DNA from: Calditrichota bacterium
GTDB lineage: Bacteria; Zhuqueibacterota; Zhuqueibacteria; Zhuqueibacterales; Geothermadaptataceae
Assembly (NCBI GenBank): GCA_008501765.1
Contig: QQUE01000007.1
Span: 606,186-670,185, forward strand
DNA length: 64,000 bases
Direction: 5' to 3'
Part shown: positions 26,835-37,516 of the stretch, piece by piece
How the letters are laid out: the number at the start of each line of letters is the position of its first letter
Position numbering within the stretch: position 1 is the first letter of the stretch
The notes under the pieces: model-generated
Told to the model about the DNA's origin: nothing
The model's database searches: none
Seen by the model: only the letters and a program-made list of their open reading frames with translations
Translations under genes and position numbers: made by a program

Positions 26835-27758
26835 TTAGAAATTAATGCCCATCGTGAACTGATTAACATTACCGAGGCTACCCATCGAAGCAAATGCATA
26901 ATCGACGGTATATTTATGAAAAATCAGACCAGTGCCAATAGAAAAACCCGAAAGCCGGTTGGAATCGAAAGAGACTTTTTGGTCTTTGCCGTTTGAGTTG
27001 TATCCAAGGCGGAGAAACATATTATTACTCAAAGTAAATTCTCCCCCAACAGCGACGACGAAATCTTCCTCAATATATTTTCTGAATGCCAACGACCACT
27101 CAAGCGGCAGGTGAGCAAGAACTTTGGACATACCAAATTCGATTGAAGTAGGAATATCGTCCTTATAGTCAATAAATGCTGTTCGTACCTGCCCGAGGTT
27201 ATAGATTCCAAGTCCAAAATTCAGGTTTCTGAGAAAGGGTGATGTGTAATAAATGGCACCATCAAAAGCAAATCCATCCGATGTATAGGACGATATCTCA
27301 GAACGAAAATACCGGGCAGTTACTCCATACCACAATGCCGCCGTATATTGGCTGGCGTAAGCCACATTTAATATCAAGCTGCTTGCAGAAAAGCTACCCT
27401 GAGATTCATTGAGCTCATTCCGGCCATCAAAACTGCCATAATCCTGATAGAAAAATGATCCTGCAATATTGCCTTCTTCACTTGGATGAATATATACTCC
27501 CTCGCCACCGTTGACATCGAGCAAATAATTCACATAGGAAAAGGAACCTACCCGTTGTGTGATGCCTGCCAAAGCTGCCGGATTTGTGCGGATAGCGCCA
27601 AGATCATTTTTTATTGCGTGAAATGCACCACCCATCGCAATTGCCCGAGCGGACATATTTCGCGTTAAAAAAGCGTATCCATTGGTTTGGCAAAATAACG
27701 ATTGAAAAGATGAAAGAATGAAAACAAGAAGGAATGCGGATATTTTAAGATTTTTCAT
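26835..27758 (-). CDS. PorV/PorQ family outer-membrane beta-barrel protein
   Basis: Signal peptide followed by the family N-terminal motif 'SARAIAMGGAFHAIKNDLGAIRTNPAALAG'. Beta-barrel pattern ending in 'FTMGINF'. Confidence 0.6.
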   Translation of the reverse strand: MKNLKISAFLLVFILSSFQSLFCQTNGYAFLTRNMSARAIAMGGAFHAIKNDLGAIRTNPAALAGITQRVGSFSYVNYLLDVNGGEGVYIHPSEEGNIAGSFFYQDYGSFDGRNELNESQGSFSASSLILNVAYASQYTAALWYGVTARYFRSEISSYTSDGFAFDGAIYYTSPFLRNLNFGLGIYNLGQVRTAFIDYKDDIPTSIEFGMSKVLAHLPLEWSLAFRKYIEEDFVVAVGGEFTLSNNMFLRLGYNSNGKDQKVSFDSNRLSGFSIGTGLIFHKYTVDYAFASMGSLGNVNQFTMGINF

Positions 27759-27795
27759 GCGGCCTTCAGGGTAAGAATTTGAAATTTAAATTTAG

Positions 27796-27868
27796 AGCCA
27801 CCTGCCGGAATCGAACCGGCGACCTGCTCATTACGAGTGAGCCGCTCTGCCATCTGAGCTAAGGTGGC
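27796..27868 (-). tRNA. tRNA-Thr (anticodon CGU)
   Basis: The reverse complement folds as a canonical cloverleaf: acceptor GCCACCT/AGGTGGC, anticodon loop CT-CGT-AA, T-loop TTCGATT. CCA is not encoded. Confidence 0.95.
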
Positions 27869-27876
27869 ATCCTTAC

Positions 27877-27918
27877 CAAAAAAATATGCTGCCCCGGAAC
27901 AATCCTTGGCAGCATATT
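27877..27918 (-). terminator. Hairpin plus U-tract between tRNA-Phe and tRNA-Thr
   Basis: 'aatatgctgcc...ggcagcatatt' is an 11-bp stem, followed on the minus strand by 7-8 T. Confidence 0.5.
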
Positions 27919-27927
27919 TTCAAAGTG

Positions 27928-28000
27928 TGGGCAGGGGCAGAATTGAACTGCCGACACATGGATTTTCAGTCCATTGCTCTACCGACTGAGCTACCTGCCC
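27928..28000 (-). tRNA. tRNA-Phe (anticodon GAA)
   Basis: Reverse-complement cloverleaf: acceptor GGGCAGG/CCTGCCC, D-arm GCTCAGTCGGTAGAGC, anticodon loop CT-GAA-AA, T-loop TTCAATT. Confidence 0.95.
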
Positions 28001-28124
28001 AAAATTTTCTTACAGGTGGGTCATTTTTGAAGAGATAAATATAATGACAATTCGATTCCTTTGCAAGAACATTTTCAAATAAAAATATATTATTTTGCAT
28101 GCTTATATAAGCCAGGATCGACAG

Positions 28125-29060
28125 CTAAAATTTTAATAAATTAAGCAAGTTAATATCAGTATTTTGTAAGTATTTCCCCAGATTGGTTTTCAAAGATTGC
28201 GTCAAACTATCGACACCAGCGATTGAGTTTTGTAAATTTTCGTAAATATCGTCCTCATAAATCAGCTTCGCCAGACTACCTTTTCGATTCTTAAGTTGCT
28301 GGCTAATTTCATGCAAATCAGTTGTTACAGTATCCATTTTTACAGCAACTCTGTAGAATGAATCGATAGATTTTTCCAGTGTTTTCCTTTTATTCCCAAG
28401 AATTTCTTTTAGTTCACTTACGGATTCACTTGAATTTTTTAGCAAACTATCCAATGCACCTTCATTCGCAATCAAAACTTTTTTCATCAATCGCGTTGAG
28501 CTGTTTAAATTGGCCAGGCTTTCTTTCAACGGATTGATAACCGTATTCTGATCCAATATTTGGTTTAAATTGGTAACAGCGCTGTTCATGCTGCTTAAAA
28601 GGCTATCCGCCTGAATTTTTAATGTCTGGAAATCCTGGATTATCAATCCAAGGTTGGAAACAGATTGCCCGGGAATTGGTGATTGCATTCTGGTTTTACT
28701 TAGGGAATAAGCTGATTCTCCGGGTTTAATCTCAAGAATTGTTCCGCCCATTAAATCGAGCATCACAATATGTGCTTCAATATCTTGATACAAATTTACA
28801 TCCGAATCAAGTGTTATACCCACAGTTACTTTTCTTTTTGTCAGTTCGACTGTTTCAACGCGCCCTTTTTTAATGCCGTTAACGGTAACAGGATCACCTG
28901 GCCGTAAACCACCGCTGTGGTTAAAAACAAATTCCAACTGCCTGTAACTGGAAGAAAGCTTTACATCCCGACCCCAGATTGAACCCAATACGAGGATTAC
29001 TATTGCCACAACACTTATTATGCCTACTTTTAACTCAAGATTACTACGACTCATTGCCAA
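28125..29060 (-). CDS. MlaD/MCE domain protein
   Basis: N-terminal TM anchor then an MCE fold ('GLRPGDPVTVNGIKKGRVETVEL'). Long helical C-terminal tail. Confidence 0.8.
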   Translation of the reverse strand: MAMSRSNLELKVGIISVVAIVILVLGSIWGRDVKLSSSYRQLEFVFNHSGGLRPGDPVTVNGIKKGRVETVELTKRKVTVGITLDSDVNLYQDIEAHIVMLDLMGGTILEIKPGESAYSLSKTRMQSPIPGQSVSNLGLIIQDFQTLKIQADSLLSSMNSAVTNLNQILDQNTVINPLKESLANLNSSTRLMKKVLIANEGALDSLLKNSSESVSELKEILGNKRKTLEKSIDSFYRVAVKMDTVTTDLHEISQQLKNRKGSLAKLIYEDDIYENLQNSIAGVDSLTQSLKTNLGKYLQNTDINLLNLLKF

Positions 29061-29258
29061 AACTCATCTCTAATAATATCCAAATTATTGAACCTTTAAT
29101 ATACGTGCAATCTCTTTGTTTTTAAAATTCCTAACGGTGGATGAAAAAACGTATCCCCAATAATATTCCATTTTGTGTTTACAGGTTGTGTTTTTTACTT
29201 CACTATCAGGCAGAAATCAACTCCGCAGAATAGGGCATTTTTTCAAATTTTCAAAGAA

Positions 29259-30302
29259 TTATTCGTAGTCTTTTCGTAAGTATCGCTGAATCCGTGCTGC
29301 ATTTGGAACAAAGGCATCACCTGTTTGATCTTTGATAATCTGTTTTGCTTCCTCACCCTTTGCCTGAATTTTTTGAATCAGACGATCACTAAAAAGTTTT
29401 GCTGTATTTTGTCCGTAAACCTTTAACATTTGATTTAACGCAATGACTTCAGCAATCACAGTAATGTTTTTACCCGGAAAAATTGGCAAGCGGACAACAG
29501 GAATGCTTACCCCAATATGTGTATTAAATTCTTCATCTAGACCAATTCTTTCGTATTCTTCGCTGGAATCCCATTGTTCCAACTGAACCTCGACCTCGAT
29601 CCTTTTTTGTACACGGATCGAATTAATTCCGAATAAGCTTTTAACATCGATTATGCCTAAACCACGAATTTCCATATGATGTTGCAGCAATTCACTTCCG
29701 CGCCCGAGCAGGACATCTCCGGCCAGTTTGAAAATATTGACAACATCATCGGCAACGAGGCGGTGTCCACGTTCAACCAAATCAAGAGCAATCTCACTTT
29801 TTCCGATTGATGAACGACCTGTGAACAAAACACCCATGCCGTAAACATCGACTAAACTGCCGTGGACTGTCGTCGTTTCCGCAAATGTAATATCCATGTA
29901 CTCACCAAGTAAATGCAGCACTTGAGTCGTTGTAAAGCGTGTTCGCATCACAGTTATTTTTCGCTTGGTGGCGATGTCGACCATTTCCTGCGGAACGATA
30001 TTGCTCTCGGTTACCAGGATGCACGGGATTTCAAATTCCAGTACCAGTTCCAGCGCTTCTTTCCGCTTTTCGATCGATAATTTTGCCAGATACGCCATCT
30101 CGGTATTACCGAAAATCTGCACGCGTTTATGCGTAAAAACATCAATAAAACCGGTGAGCGCCAGCCCCGGGCGATGTAAGTCAGGTTCACAAATCTCATT
30201 ATCAAAGTTTTGTTCGCCATTCAATAATTCAAGGTCGAGATGTTCGACATTATCCACATACATTGTTTTTACATCTAACTTGTGCACAGCTTTTCCTCTC
30301 AT
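29259..30302 (-). CDS. hprK: HPr kinase/phosphorylase
   Basis: Walker-A 'GRSSIGKSEIALDLVERGHRLVADD' and the signature 'HMEIRGLGIIDV'. Confidence 0.9.
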   Translation of the reverse strand: MRGKAVHKLDVKTMYVDNVEHLDLELLNGEQNFDNEICEPDLHRPGLALTGFIDVFTHKRVQIFGNTEMAYLAKLSIEKRKEALELVLEFEIPCILVTESNIVPQEMVDIATKRKITVMRTRFTTTQVLHLLGEYMDITFAETTTVHGSLVDVYGMGVLFTGRSSIGKSEIALDLVERGHRLVADDVVNIFKLAGDVLLGRGSELLQHHMEIRGLGIIDVKSLFGINSIRVQKRIEVEVQLEQWDSSEEYERIGLDEEFNTHIGVSIPVVRLPIFPGKNITVIAEVIALNQMLKVYGQNTAKLFSDRLIQKIQAKGEEAKQIIKDQTGDAFVPNAARIQRYLRKDYE

Positions 30303-30349
30303 CCAAAAGAAAAAGCCTCCGCAAAGGAGGCCTTTGTAAATTTAGTTGA

Positions 30350-30697
30350 TTACATTTCTTCAGGTACAGTCTCTTCCTCGACTTCTTCCAATAGAGACGG
30401 TTTCACAGCGCCTTTACGGCTCCATTTTCCTTTATATTTTTTAAGCTGTCGTTCGAGTTTGTTGGTCGCTAAAGTTATTGATTTTCGAATATTTTCACTT
30501 TTTTCAATTGCCTTCAGTGTTTGCCCATTCACAGAGACCTTGATCTCTGCAACCTGAGTTTGTTTCTCATAATCAAGAATTATCTCGCAATCGATGATGC
30601 CGTCATAATATTTCTTCAGATTTAACACTTCAGCTTCAGCGAATTTCTTCAAGTCATCTGGGGCCTTATAGTGTCGTGCCGTGAAGATTATACGCAT
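30350..30697 (-). CDS. hpf: Ribosome hibernation promoting factor (short HPF/RaiA type)
   Basis: 'MRIIFTARHYKAPDDLKKFAE...' sigma-54-modulation-protein fold pattern. ATG at 30697 has an AGGAGG RBS, so the longer ORF start at 30742 is unlikely. Confidence 0.85.
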   Translation of the reverse strand: MRIIFTARHYKAPDDLKKFAEAEVLNLKKYYDGIIDCEIILDYEKQTQVAEIKVSVNGQTLKAIEKSENIRKSITLATNKLERQLKKYKGKWSRKGAVKPSLLEEVEEETVPEEM

Positions 30698-30761
30698 GGC
30701 AAACCTCCTAAAAAAGTGATGAACGGATGACTCGTCGTCCACTTAAATTGTGCATCAACTC

Positions 30762-31682
30762 TTATTTTAGCCTGGCACGAGGATGTGCCTGTTGATACGT
30801 TTTTTTCAAGCGTTGCGACGAGATATGAGTATAGATTTGAGTTGTATTTAAGCTCAGATGCCCTAATAGTTCTTTCACAGCAACCAGGTCTGCTCCAGAA
30901 TCCAGCAGATGAGTTGCGTAGCTGTGGCGCAAAATATGGGGATTGGTTTTTCCTTTTTCTGCTACACTGCCAAGGGCCTTTGATACTATAGAATAAACAC
31001 CACTCCTTGTAAGCTCCTTTCCTTTTTTATCAATGAATAGAAATTTTGAATCACCAGTTCGATTTTGCACCCATGCCTGGCGCAACACAAACCAGTCATT
31101 CGTTTTTTTAACCAGAGCCTTGGGCAGGGGAATAATGCGTTCTTTTTGCCGCTTTCCAAGAACCTTTATCTGGCACCGATATAAATCAACATTGTTTATT
31201 TGTAAATTAACAAGCTCACTGACGCGCAGGCCGCAACCGTACAAATAAAGAATTATCAGAGAATTACGTAGGTTGACATCATCTTTGCCATCCAGCTGTG
31301 ACAAAGCAGAAAGTACCTGATTTTGCTGTAAAAACTTCGGCAGTACTACAGGTTCTTTTTGCGAATTGATATTGGCAGTGGGATTGTTTTCTATTTTTTG
31401 TTGTTCACGCAGATATCGAAAAAAGCTGCGCAGCGTGGAGAGTTTGCGGTTGATTGTTTTTGGAGATTGCCGCAGAAATGATAAATGATGAATATATTTC
31501 CGGACATGCACTCGCGTTATACCACCGATGATTTGGTTGTCCCGCAAAAATTTGTTGAAGAGCTGCAAATCTGTAGAATAAGCTTCAACTGTGAGGTCTG
31601 ATGCACGTTTTTGTTGGGCAATATATTTCAAATATTCAACTAATTCACGATCAAAATGATGCATTAAAAGTATTTTTTGCAT
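30762..31682 (-). CDS. Tyrosine recombinase XerC/XerD family
   Basis: N-terminal SAM-like domain and catalytic residues in 'GLRVSELV', 'HILRHSYATHLL', 'LGHLSLNTTQIYTH'. Confidence 0.85.
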   Translation of the reverse strand: MQKILLMHHFDRELVEYLKYIAQQKRASDLTVEAYSTDLQLFNKFLRDNQIIGGITRVHVRKYIHHLSFLRQSPKTINRKLSTLRSFFRYLREQQKIENNPTANINSQKEPVVLPKFLQQNQVLSALSQLDGKDDVNLRNSLIILYLYGCGLRVSELVNLQINNVDLYRCQIKVLGKRQKERIIPLPKALVKKTNDWFVLRQAWVQNRTGDSKFLFIDKKGKELTRSGVYSIVSKALGSVAEKGKTNPHILRHSYATHLLDSGADLVAVKELLGHLSLNTTQIYTHISSQRLKKTYQQAHPRARLK

Positions 31683-31750
31683 TCTGGTATTATGTATTAA
31701 TTGTAAAATCGGCCAAGTGGCTTATATAATTAACATTCAAAATTATAATG

Positions 31751-33598
31751 TCAGTGAATCACTTTTTCATTACGTAATTCCGTAGGCGAAACAGAATAAT
31801 AACAATCTGGATAGCCGCTGCAGGATAAAGTTTTCTCACCTCGGAGCAGCCGCACAAATAATTTTTGTCCGCAGTTTGGACAACGCGGTTGGTCATCTGT
31901 GCTCTTGCTTTTTACCGCTTTCGCAGAGTCCAATGCTGCTTTTAATTGAGTGTAGAAAGTGTTGACCACCGCGAAATAATCCTTGTTCCCATTCTCAATT
32001 TCATCAAGTTTGTTTTCCATCTGAAATGTAAAATTCGTATTGAAAACATGCGAGAAATTGTGCTCAATTGTAGCATGGACTGCCTCGCCAAGTGCTGTGG
32101 ATTTAATTCTGGTACCAGACATTGCAATGTATCCACGGCGTCTTAACTTTGGTACGATCGACGCAAATGTTGCCGGGCGGCCAATGCCATTTTTGTCCAA
32201 CAACCTAATCAGTTCAGCTTCATTAAATCGGCGCATTTCCTTGCGCTCCATCTTCTTTGCCTGGAACTCTTTTAATACAAAACAATTTTTATTATTGACG
32301 AATTCCTGAAAGGCAAAGTTTGATTTATTTATAATATAATTGTTGAGTTTTTGGAGGTATGCTGGTATTGCAACAAGTGCTTGCCAGGATGCATTTTGTC
32401 CCACTTTCACTTCAAATTTATAGCGCGTCGCATCATTCTGTTTCATTTGTGAAGTGAGCGTGTTTTGCCAAATGAGTTCATATACTTGCAAGTGATCTGT
32501 TGATAGAAATTGTTGTAATTCTGCCGGTGTTCTACCAAAATCCACAGGTCTGATAGCCTCGTGTGCGTTTTGAATTTGAGTTTGTGGATCAACTCTATTG
32601 TGCGCCTCAGGCTGTATAGGGAGATCACCCAAATTTTCTTTAATAAAAATGTGTATTTTAGATTGTTCAGCTTGTGAGATACGTGTGGAATCTGTACGAA
32701 AATAAGTAATCAATCCTGTTTTTATTCCGCCAGGATTGCAGGACCCATCGTAGAGTTCGTGGGCAATTCGCATTGTTTTACGAGCGCTAAAACCCAGTTT
32801 ATTGGCTGTCGTTTGTAAAAATGTGCTGGTTGTGAATGGCGGCTGATGATCCGAATCGACAAATTGTGTAGTTTGGATTGTTGTTTTTTGGTGGCCGCTA
32901 TTATTCTTGATCAGCCACTCAGTTGCTGCTGATTCACTTCGAAAAACAAAGGGATTTGAATTCGTAGAAACAAGCTGGGCAACAGCCAATTTTTCAGTCT
33001 TGAAATAAAGATCAGCAAAACATGTCCAACTATGATTATCCGTGATTGTTTTTCGCGTTTTTTCCTTTTCAACAATAAAATGAAGTGCAACGCTTTGCAC
33101 ACGCCCCGAGCTCGTGCCCGGGCAAATATTCTTCCACAAAAAGGGACTGATTTCATAGCCCCATAATCTGTCAATTACCCGGCGTGCATTTTGGGATGCA
33201 ACAGTCTGATTGTTCAGTTCCGTGGGATTGTCCAGCGCTTTTCGTATAGCCAATGCCGAAATTTCATTAAACCGGATTCGTTTGAATTCAGATTTTTTAA
33301 GATTGAGCAATTCGATGAGATCTGAGGCGATGGCTTCACCTTCCCGGTCCGGGTCGGTGGCTATAAAAACAAAAGAGGCATTTTGAGATTGCAAACGTAG
33401 CTTTTCGATGAGTTCTCTTTTCCCCCGGAGAACTTCAAATTGAGGTAAAAATTTTTGAGAAACATCGATGCCGAGTCTTTTTCCTGGTAGATTTTTCACA
33501 TGCCCATGACAGGCAACAACATCAAATTCAGGTCCAAGAAAATTGCGAATCGTGTTGCATTTCGCTTCAGACTCAACAATAAGGAGATTTTTTTTCAT
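31751..33598 (-). CDS. topA: DNA topoisomerase I (compact type IA with a single Zn ribbon)
   Basis: Toprim 'LLIVESEAKCNTI' and 'TDPDREGEAIA', active-site Tyr in 'ITYFRTDS', C-terminal 'CPNCGQKL...CSGYPDC'. ATG at 33598 (MKKNLLIVES) is preferred. Confidence 0.85.
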   Translation of the reverse strand: MKKNLLIVESEAKCNTIRNFLGPEFDVVACHGHVKNLPGKRLGIDVSQKFLPQFEVLRGKRELIEKLRLQSQNASFVFIATDPDREGEAIASDLIELLNLKKSEFKRIRFNEISALAIRKALDNPTELNNQTVASQNARRVIDRLWGYEISPFLWKNICPGTSSGRVQSVALHFIVEKEKTRKTITDNHSWTCFADLYFKTEKLAVAQLVSTNSNPFVFRSESAATEWLIKNNSGHQKTTIQTTQFVDSDHQPPFTTSTFLQTTANKLGFSARKTMRIAHELYDGSCNPGGIKTGLITYFRTDSTRISQAEQSKIHIFIKENLGDLPIQPEAHNRVDPQTQIQNAHEAIRPVDFGRTPAELQQFLSTDHLQVYELIWQNTLTSQMKQNDATRYKFEVKVGQNASWQALVAIPAYLQKLNNYIINKSNFAFQEFVNNKNCFVLKEFQAKKMERKEMRRFNEAELIRLLDKNGIGRPATFASIVPKLRRRGYIAMSGTRIKSTALGEAVHATIEHNFSHVFNTNFTFQMENKLDEIENGNKDYFAVVNTFYTQLKAALDSAKAVKSKSTDDQPRCPNCGQKLFVRLLRGEKTLSCSGYPDCYYSVSPTELRNEKVIH

Positions 33599-33680
33599 AC
33601 AACCTGTACCAAAGGGTATCGAACAATTACGTCCAAATACACGCGGAATTTTTAAAAGCACAAGTAAGACGGGATGCTAT

Positions 33681-34151
33681 TTAATGGATAATAGCGTCCA
33701 TATCACCATCGAGCGGAAAGTTCCCCTGAAAATGTGTACTACGGCTTGTCAAGATTGCTGCAACAATCGATTTCATGTCTTCGATTTCAATGCTGGATGT
33801 ACCGAGCATCATCGCTTTTTCAATGGCGAGTTCCACATCAAAATCACTTAAAATTTCAAGTTGTTTGATTTGCAGAAGGTAACCAAATGCATCAGCGGAA
33901 ATAATCATTTCTTCGAGTTCGTGCAGCACGCGAAAAGATTGGGAAATGTCACTGTCGCCATCGCGCAGAATCTCCTCAACTTCCCTGTCAGCTCTTTCGA
34001 AAAGCCAGGAGAAAGCTGAGCTAATTTCGTTCTGTGAATATCCCCTGTTGAGCAGATCCTGGGAGAGCAAATCCAGGTTATCAAAATCTTTTTTCCCCCC
34101 ACGAAGTTGACTCATGATAAACATTAAAATTTCAACTACGCGTTCATTCAT
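33681..34151 (-). CDS. smg: Smg (DUF494) family protein
   Basis: 156-aa acidic helical ORF. 'RGYSQNEISSAFSWLFE' resembles the Smg motif. It has the classical position directly upstream of topA. Confidence 0.65.
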   Translation of the reverse strand: MNERVVEILMFIMSQLRGGKKDFDNLDLLSQDLLNRGYSQNEISSAFSWLFERADREVEEILRDGDSDISQSFRVLHELEEMIISADAFGYLLQIKQLEILSDFDVELAIEKAMMLGTSSIEIEDMKSIVAAILTSRSTHFQGNFPLDGDMDAIIH

Positions 34152-34260
34152 AGAAAACTCCTTATTTCCTCAACGCTCCGTATTGCATGCAATCTAATAA
34201 ATTCCATACTAAAATCAAGTATTTTACTAATATTTAACACAGGCAACCGATGAAATAATG

Positions 34261-37200
34261 TCAATTATTAGCACCGTGACATTTTTTATATTTCTTGCCT
34301 GAACCGCAAGGACAAGGATCGTTTCTTCCGACTTTTTGCTCCACGTGTACAGGCCTTCTTTTACCTGCAGCAGGTGCATTCTGCGGGGATTGTCCACCAC
34401 TCAAACCCATGCCCGTGGCATCCTGATGCACCGTCGTCATCCGGTCAATCATCTGTTGTCTGCGTTGGGCTTCGGGTGGCGGTTCTGTCTGGATTTGCAT
34501 TTTAAAAATGAGCTCAACCACTTCCCGGTTCAGGGACTCGATCATTTCCTTGAAGGCGCGGAATCCCTCCGCTTTGTATTCAATTAGTGGATCTTTCTGG
34601 CCATAGGCACGCAACCCGATTCCTTCTTTAAGCTGATCCATTTCATAAAGATGATCACGCCATTTTACATCAATTGTTTGCAGCATCGCGAAGCGCTCCA
34701 TTTGGCGCATGATGTGCGAAGTGACAGCTTTTTCTTTATCTTCATAAGCATGCAAGGCCGCCGCATGTATTTTTTCACCAATTTCAGCAGCACCCAGGCT
34801 CTCTGTTTCATCTTCTGTTAATTGCCAGTCAGCCAAATACATTTTTTGAAAATCCAATCGCAAGGCCTGTAAGTCCCAATCATCGGCATAAGATTCCGCC
34901 GGCAAATACATCTCGAGCAGTAAATCCACCTGATCTGTTATTATTTGAGTGATATCTTCTCTTAAATTTTCACCACGCAAGGCATGATTTCGGCGGTCAT
35001 AAATCACCTCCCGCTGCTGATTCATTACATTGTCGTATTCGAGCAGATGTTTTCGAATATCAAAGTTGTGTGCTTCGACCCTCTTCTGCGCTCTCTCAAT
35101 ACTTTTTGTCACCATGCTGTGGGTGATAACTTCCCCATCTTCGAGCCCAAGCCGGTCCATTACCGAAGCGACGCGGTCGGACTGAAACAAGCGCATGAGA
35201 TCGTCTTCGAGACTGAGAAAAAAACGGGATGAACCCGGATCGCCCTGGCGCCCACTTCGTCCTCGCAGCTGCCGGTCGATTCGTCGGGCTTCGTGGCGGC
35301 CAGTTCCAATAATTTGCAGACCACTCTCCGGTTCACCTTCAACGACAACTCCGGCGCCTAACTTGATGTCCGTACCCCGCCCGGCCATATTTGTTGCGAT
35401 GGTTACAGCCCCCGGTTGCCCGGCGTTTGAGATAATTTCAGCCTCGCTTTTGTGCTGCTTGGCATTTAAAACATTATGCTTTACACCCTTCCTTTTGAGC
35501 ATGCGGCTTAAAGTTTCAGATTCGTCAACAGAAGTGGTTCCGACGAGGATTGGGCGTTTCCGATTGTGTAAATCGGAGATTTCACCGATGACCGCATTGT
35601 ATTTTTCACGTTTGGTGCGATAGACAAAGTCCTCATGGTCAATACGCGTAATGGGGCGATTCGTCGGAATCACCACAACATCAAGTTTGTATATTTCCCA
35701 AAATTCAGAGGACTCTGTTTCGGCGGTTCCGGTCATACCAGCAAGCTTTGAATACATACGAAAATAATTTTGCAACGTGATTGTCGCCATTGTCTGCGTT
35801 TCTTTTTCGATTTTCACACCTTCTTTGGCTTCAATCGCCTGGTGTAAACCATCGCTGTAACGCCGGCCGGTCATCAATCGGCCGGTAAATTCATCGACAA
35901 TCATCACTTTATTGTCATCAGAAACAACGTATTCGACATCTTTTTCGAAAAGGGAATAGGCGCGCAACAACTGAGAAATACTATGAAGTTGGTCGGCCTT
36001 CTGGCTGTAATCCAGATTCAACGCTTCCCTTTTTTCTATTTTTTCTTCGTCGGTTAAATTTTCATCAATTTCGATGGCATGAACAGTTTGACTCAAATCA
36101 GGCAGAACAAACATTTGCGGATCGTTTGGCGATAAGGCTTCCCGGCCTTTGTCCATCAAGTCGATGGTGTGGGCCTTTTCATCAATCGCAAAATAGAGGT
36201 CTTCATCAATTTCCTGCATCCTTTTATCGCGGATAAAATCGCTTTCGACACCCCGAATTAAGCGCTTGACACCTTTTTCATTCATCAATTTCATCAAACG
36301 TTTATTTTTAGGAGCGCCGCGGCTGGCTCGTAAAAGCAGAACGCCGGCTTCCTCCTCATCGCCCTCATTGAGCAGCTTTTCGCCCTCAGCAACTAACTTG
36401 TTGACGTGCATAGTTTGGCTGCGCACAAGTTTTTCAACCCGCGGTTTCATTTCCAGGTATTGCTGATTGGAAGAATCGACGGGGCCGGAAATAATCAATG
36501 GCGTCCGCGCTTCATCGATTAACACGGAATCGACCTCATCAATAATAGCAAAATTGTGTTTGCGCTGCACCTGGTCCTCCAGGCTGCCGGACATATTATC
36601 GCGCAAATAATCGAACCCAAATTCATTGTTTGTGCCGTAAGTGATGTCGGCTGCGTAGGCCACTTTGCGTCGGCTGGGATCGATATCGTTGGTGATAGCG
36701 GCCGTTGATAGTCCAAGAAAATCAAATACTTTACCCATCCATTCACAATCCCGCTGGGCCAGATAATCATTCACCGTTATAAGATGCACACCTTTTCCGG
36801 CAAGGCCATTGAGATAGAGCGGCAGTGTCGCAACCAGTGTTTTTCCTTCACCCGTGGCCATTTCAGCAATTTTACCCTGGTGCAAAACAATCCCGCCAAT
36901 AAGTTGGACATCATAGGGAACCATATCCCAACGGGTTTTTTGGCCGATAACATCCCATTCTGTGCCGACCAGACGGCGGCAGGCATCTTTCACGACAGCG
37001 AAGGCTTCCGGTAATATTTCATCGAGTACTTCGTTGATTATTTCGAGCTCTTCGTCTCTTTTCTCGGCCAGCAAATCACGAATTTCATCGCTCGATTCGT
37101 ATTTCCCACTTTCGTCTGCAACTTCATCACGCAGCAGGCTCTCGAATTTTTCGATTTCGCCACTGACTTCAGCTGTTGCAGTGGCAATTTTTTCTTTAAA

Positions 37201-37347
37201 TTCGACTGTCTTATTTTTTAACTCATCATCGGTGAGATTAGAAAGCGTCTCATAAATCTCATTTATTTGCGCGACGATGGGTTCCAGCTTATGCACATCT
37301 TTTTCGTGCTTGTTACCAAAAACTTTTTCCAGAATGGCGTTAAACAT
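34261..37347 (-). CDS. secA: Preprotein translocase ATPase SecA
   Basis: '[14 protein letters not shown]', '[19 protein letters not shown]', '[13 protein letters not shown]' and the C-terminal zinc motif '[14 protein letters not shown]'. ATG at 37347 ([11 protein letters not shown]) is preferred. Confidence 0.97.
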   Translation of the reverse strand: MFNAILEKVFGNKHEKDVHKLEPIVAQINEIYETLSNLTDDELKNKTVEFKEKIATATAEVSGEIEKFESLLRDEVADESGKYESSDEIRDLLAEKRDEELEIINEVLDEILPEAFAVVKDACRRLVGTEWDVIGQKTRWDMVPYDVQLIGGIVLHQGKIAEMATGEGKTLVATLPLYLNGLAGKGVHLITVNDYLAQRDCEWMGKVFDFLGLSTAAITNDIDPSRRKVAYAADITYGTNNEFGFDYLRDNMSGSLEDQVQRKHNFAIIDEVDSVLIDEARTPLIISGPVDSSNQQYLEMKPRVEKLVRSQTMHVNKLVAEGEKLLNEGDEEEAGVLLLRASRGAPKNKRLMKLMNEKGVKRLIRGVESDFIRDKRMQEIDEDLYFAIDEKAHTIDLMDKGREALSPNDPQMFVLPDLSQTVHAIEIDENLTDEEKIEKREALNLDYSQKADQLHSISQLLRAYSLFEKDVEYVVSDDNKVMIVDEFTGRLMTGRRYSDGLHQAIEAKEGVKIEKETQTMATITLQNYFRMYSKLAGMTGTAETESSEFWEIYKLDVVVIPTNRPITRIDHEDFVYRTKREKYNAVIGEISDLHNRKRPILVGTTSVDESETLSRMLKRKGVKHNVLNAKQHKSEAEIISNAGQPGAVTIATNMAGRGTDIKLGAGVVVEGEPESGLQIIGTGRHEARRIDRQLRGRSGRQGDPGSSRFFLSLEDDLMRLFQSDRVASVMDRLGLEDGEVITHSMVTKSIERAQKRVEAHNFDIRKHLLEYDNVMNQQREVIYDRRNHALRGENLREDITQIITDQVDLLLEMYLPAESYADDWDLQALRLDFQKMYLADWQLTEDETESLGAAEIGEKIHAAALHAYEDKEKAVTSHIMRQMERFAMLQTIDVKWRDHLYEMDQLKEGIGLRAYGQKDPLIEYKAEGFRAFKEMIESLNREVVELIFKMQIQTEPPPEAQRRQQMIDRMTTVHQDATGMGLSGGQSPQNAPAAGKRRPVHVEQKVGRNDPCPCGSGKKYKKCHGANN

Positions 37348-37516
37348 TGAATTTACTTTCCTAAACAAGTATTTTTATTACTTGGGCTATGGAGATACAA
37401 TTATTTTCAATCTAAAATTGGATTTGAATTATTAAATCTGGCAAGTAGATCGACAATGCCCATATTATCGAATCAAATATTATTGAAAAATTCAGGACAG
37501 GTTATAAAAACATAAA

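Noticed and set aside
30762-31682. Tyrosine recombinase as the integrase of a genomic island next to the tRNA genes
   Set aside because: It is 2.8 kb from the tRNAs with housekeeping genes (mlaD-like, hprK, hpf) in between. I see no att-like direct repeat of a tRNA 3' end. The domain pattern and context (topA, smg) fit chromosomal XerC/XerD.
34181-34192. Perfect 12-bp palindrome 'ATTGCATGCAAT' upstream of smg
   Set aside because: It is short enough to occur by chance in AT-rich intergenic DNA. There is no second copy and no associated regulator, so it is not reported as a site.
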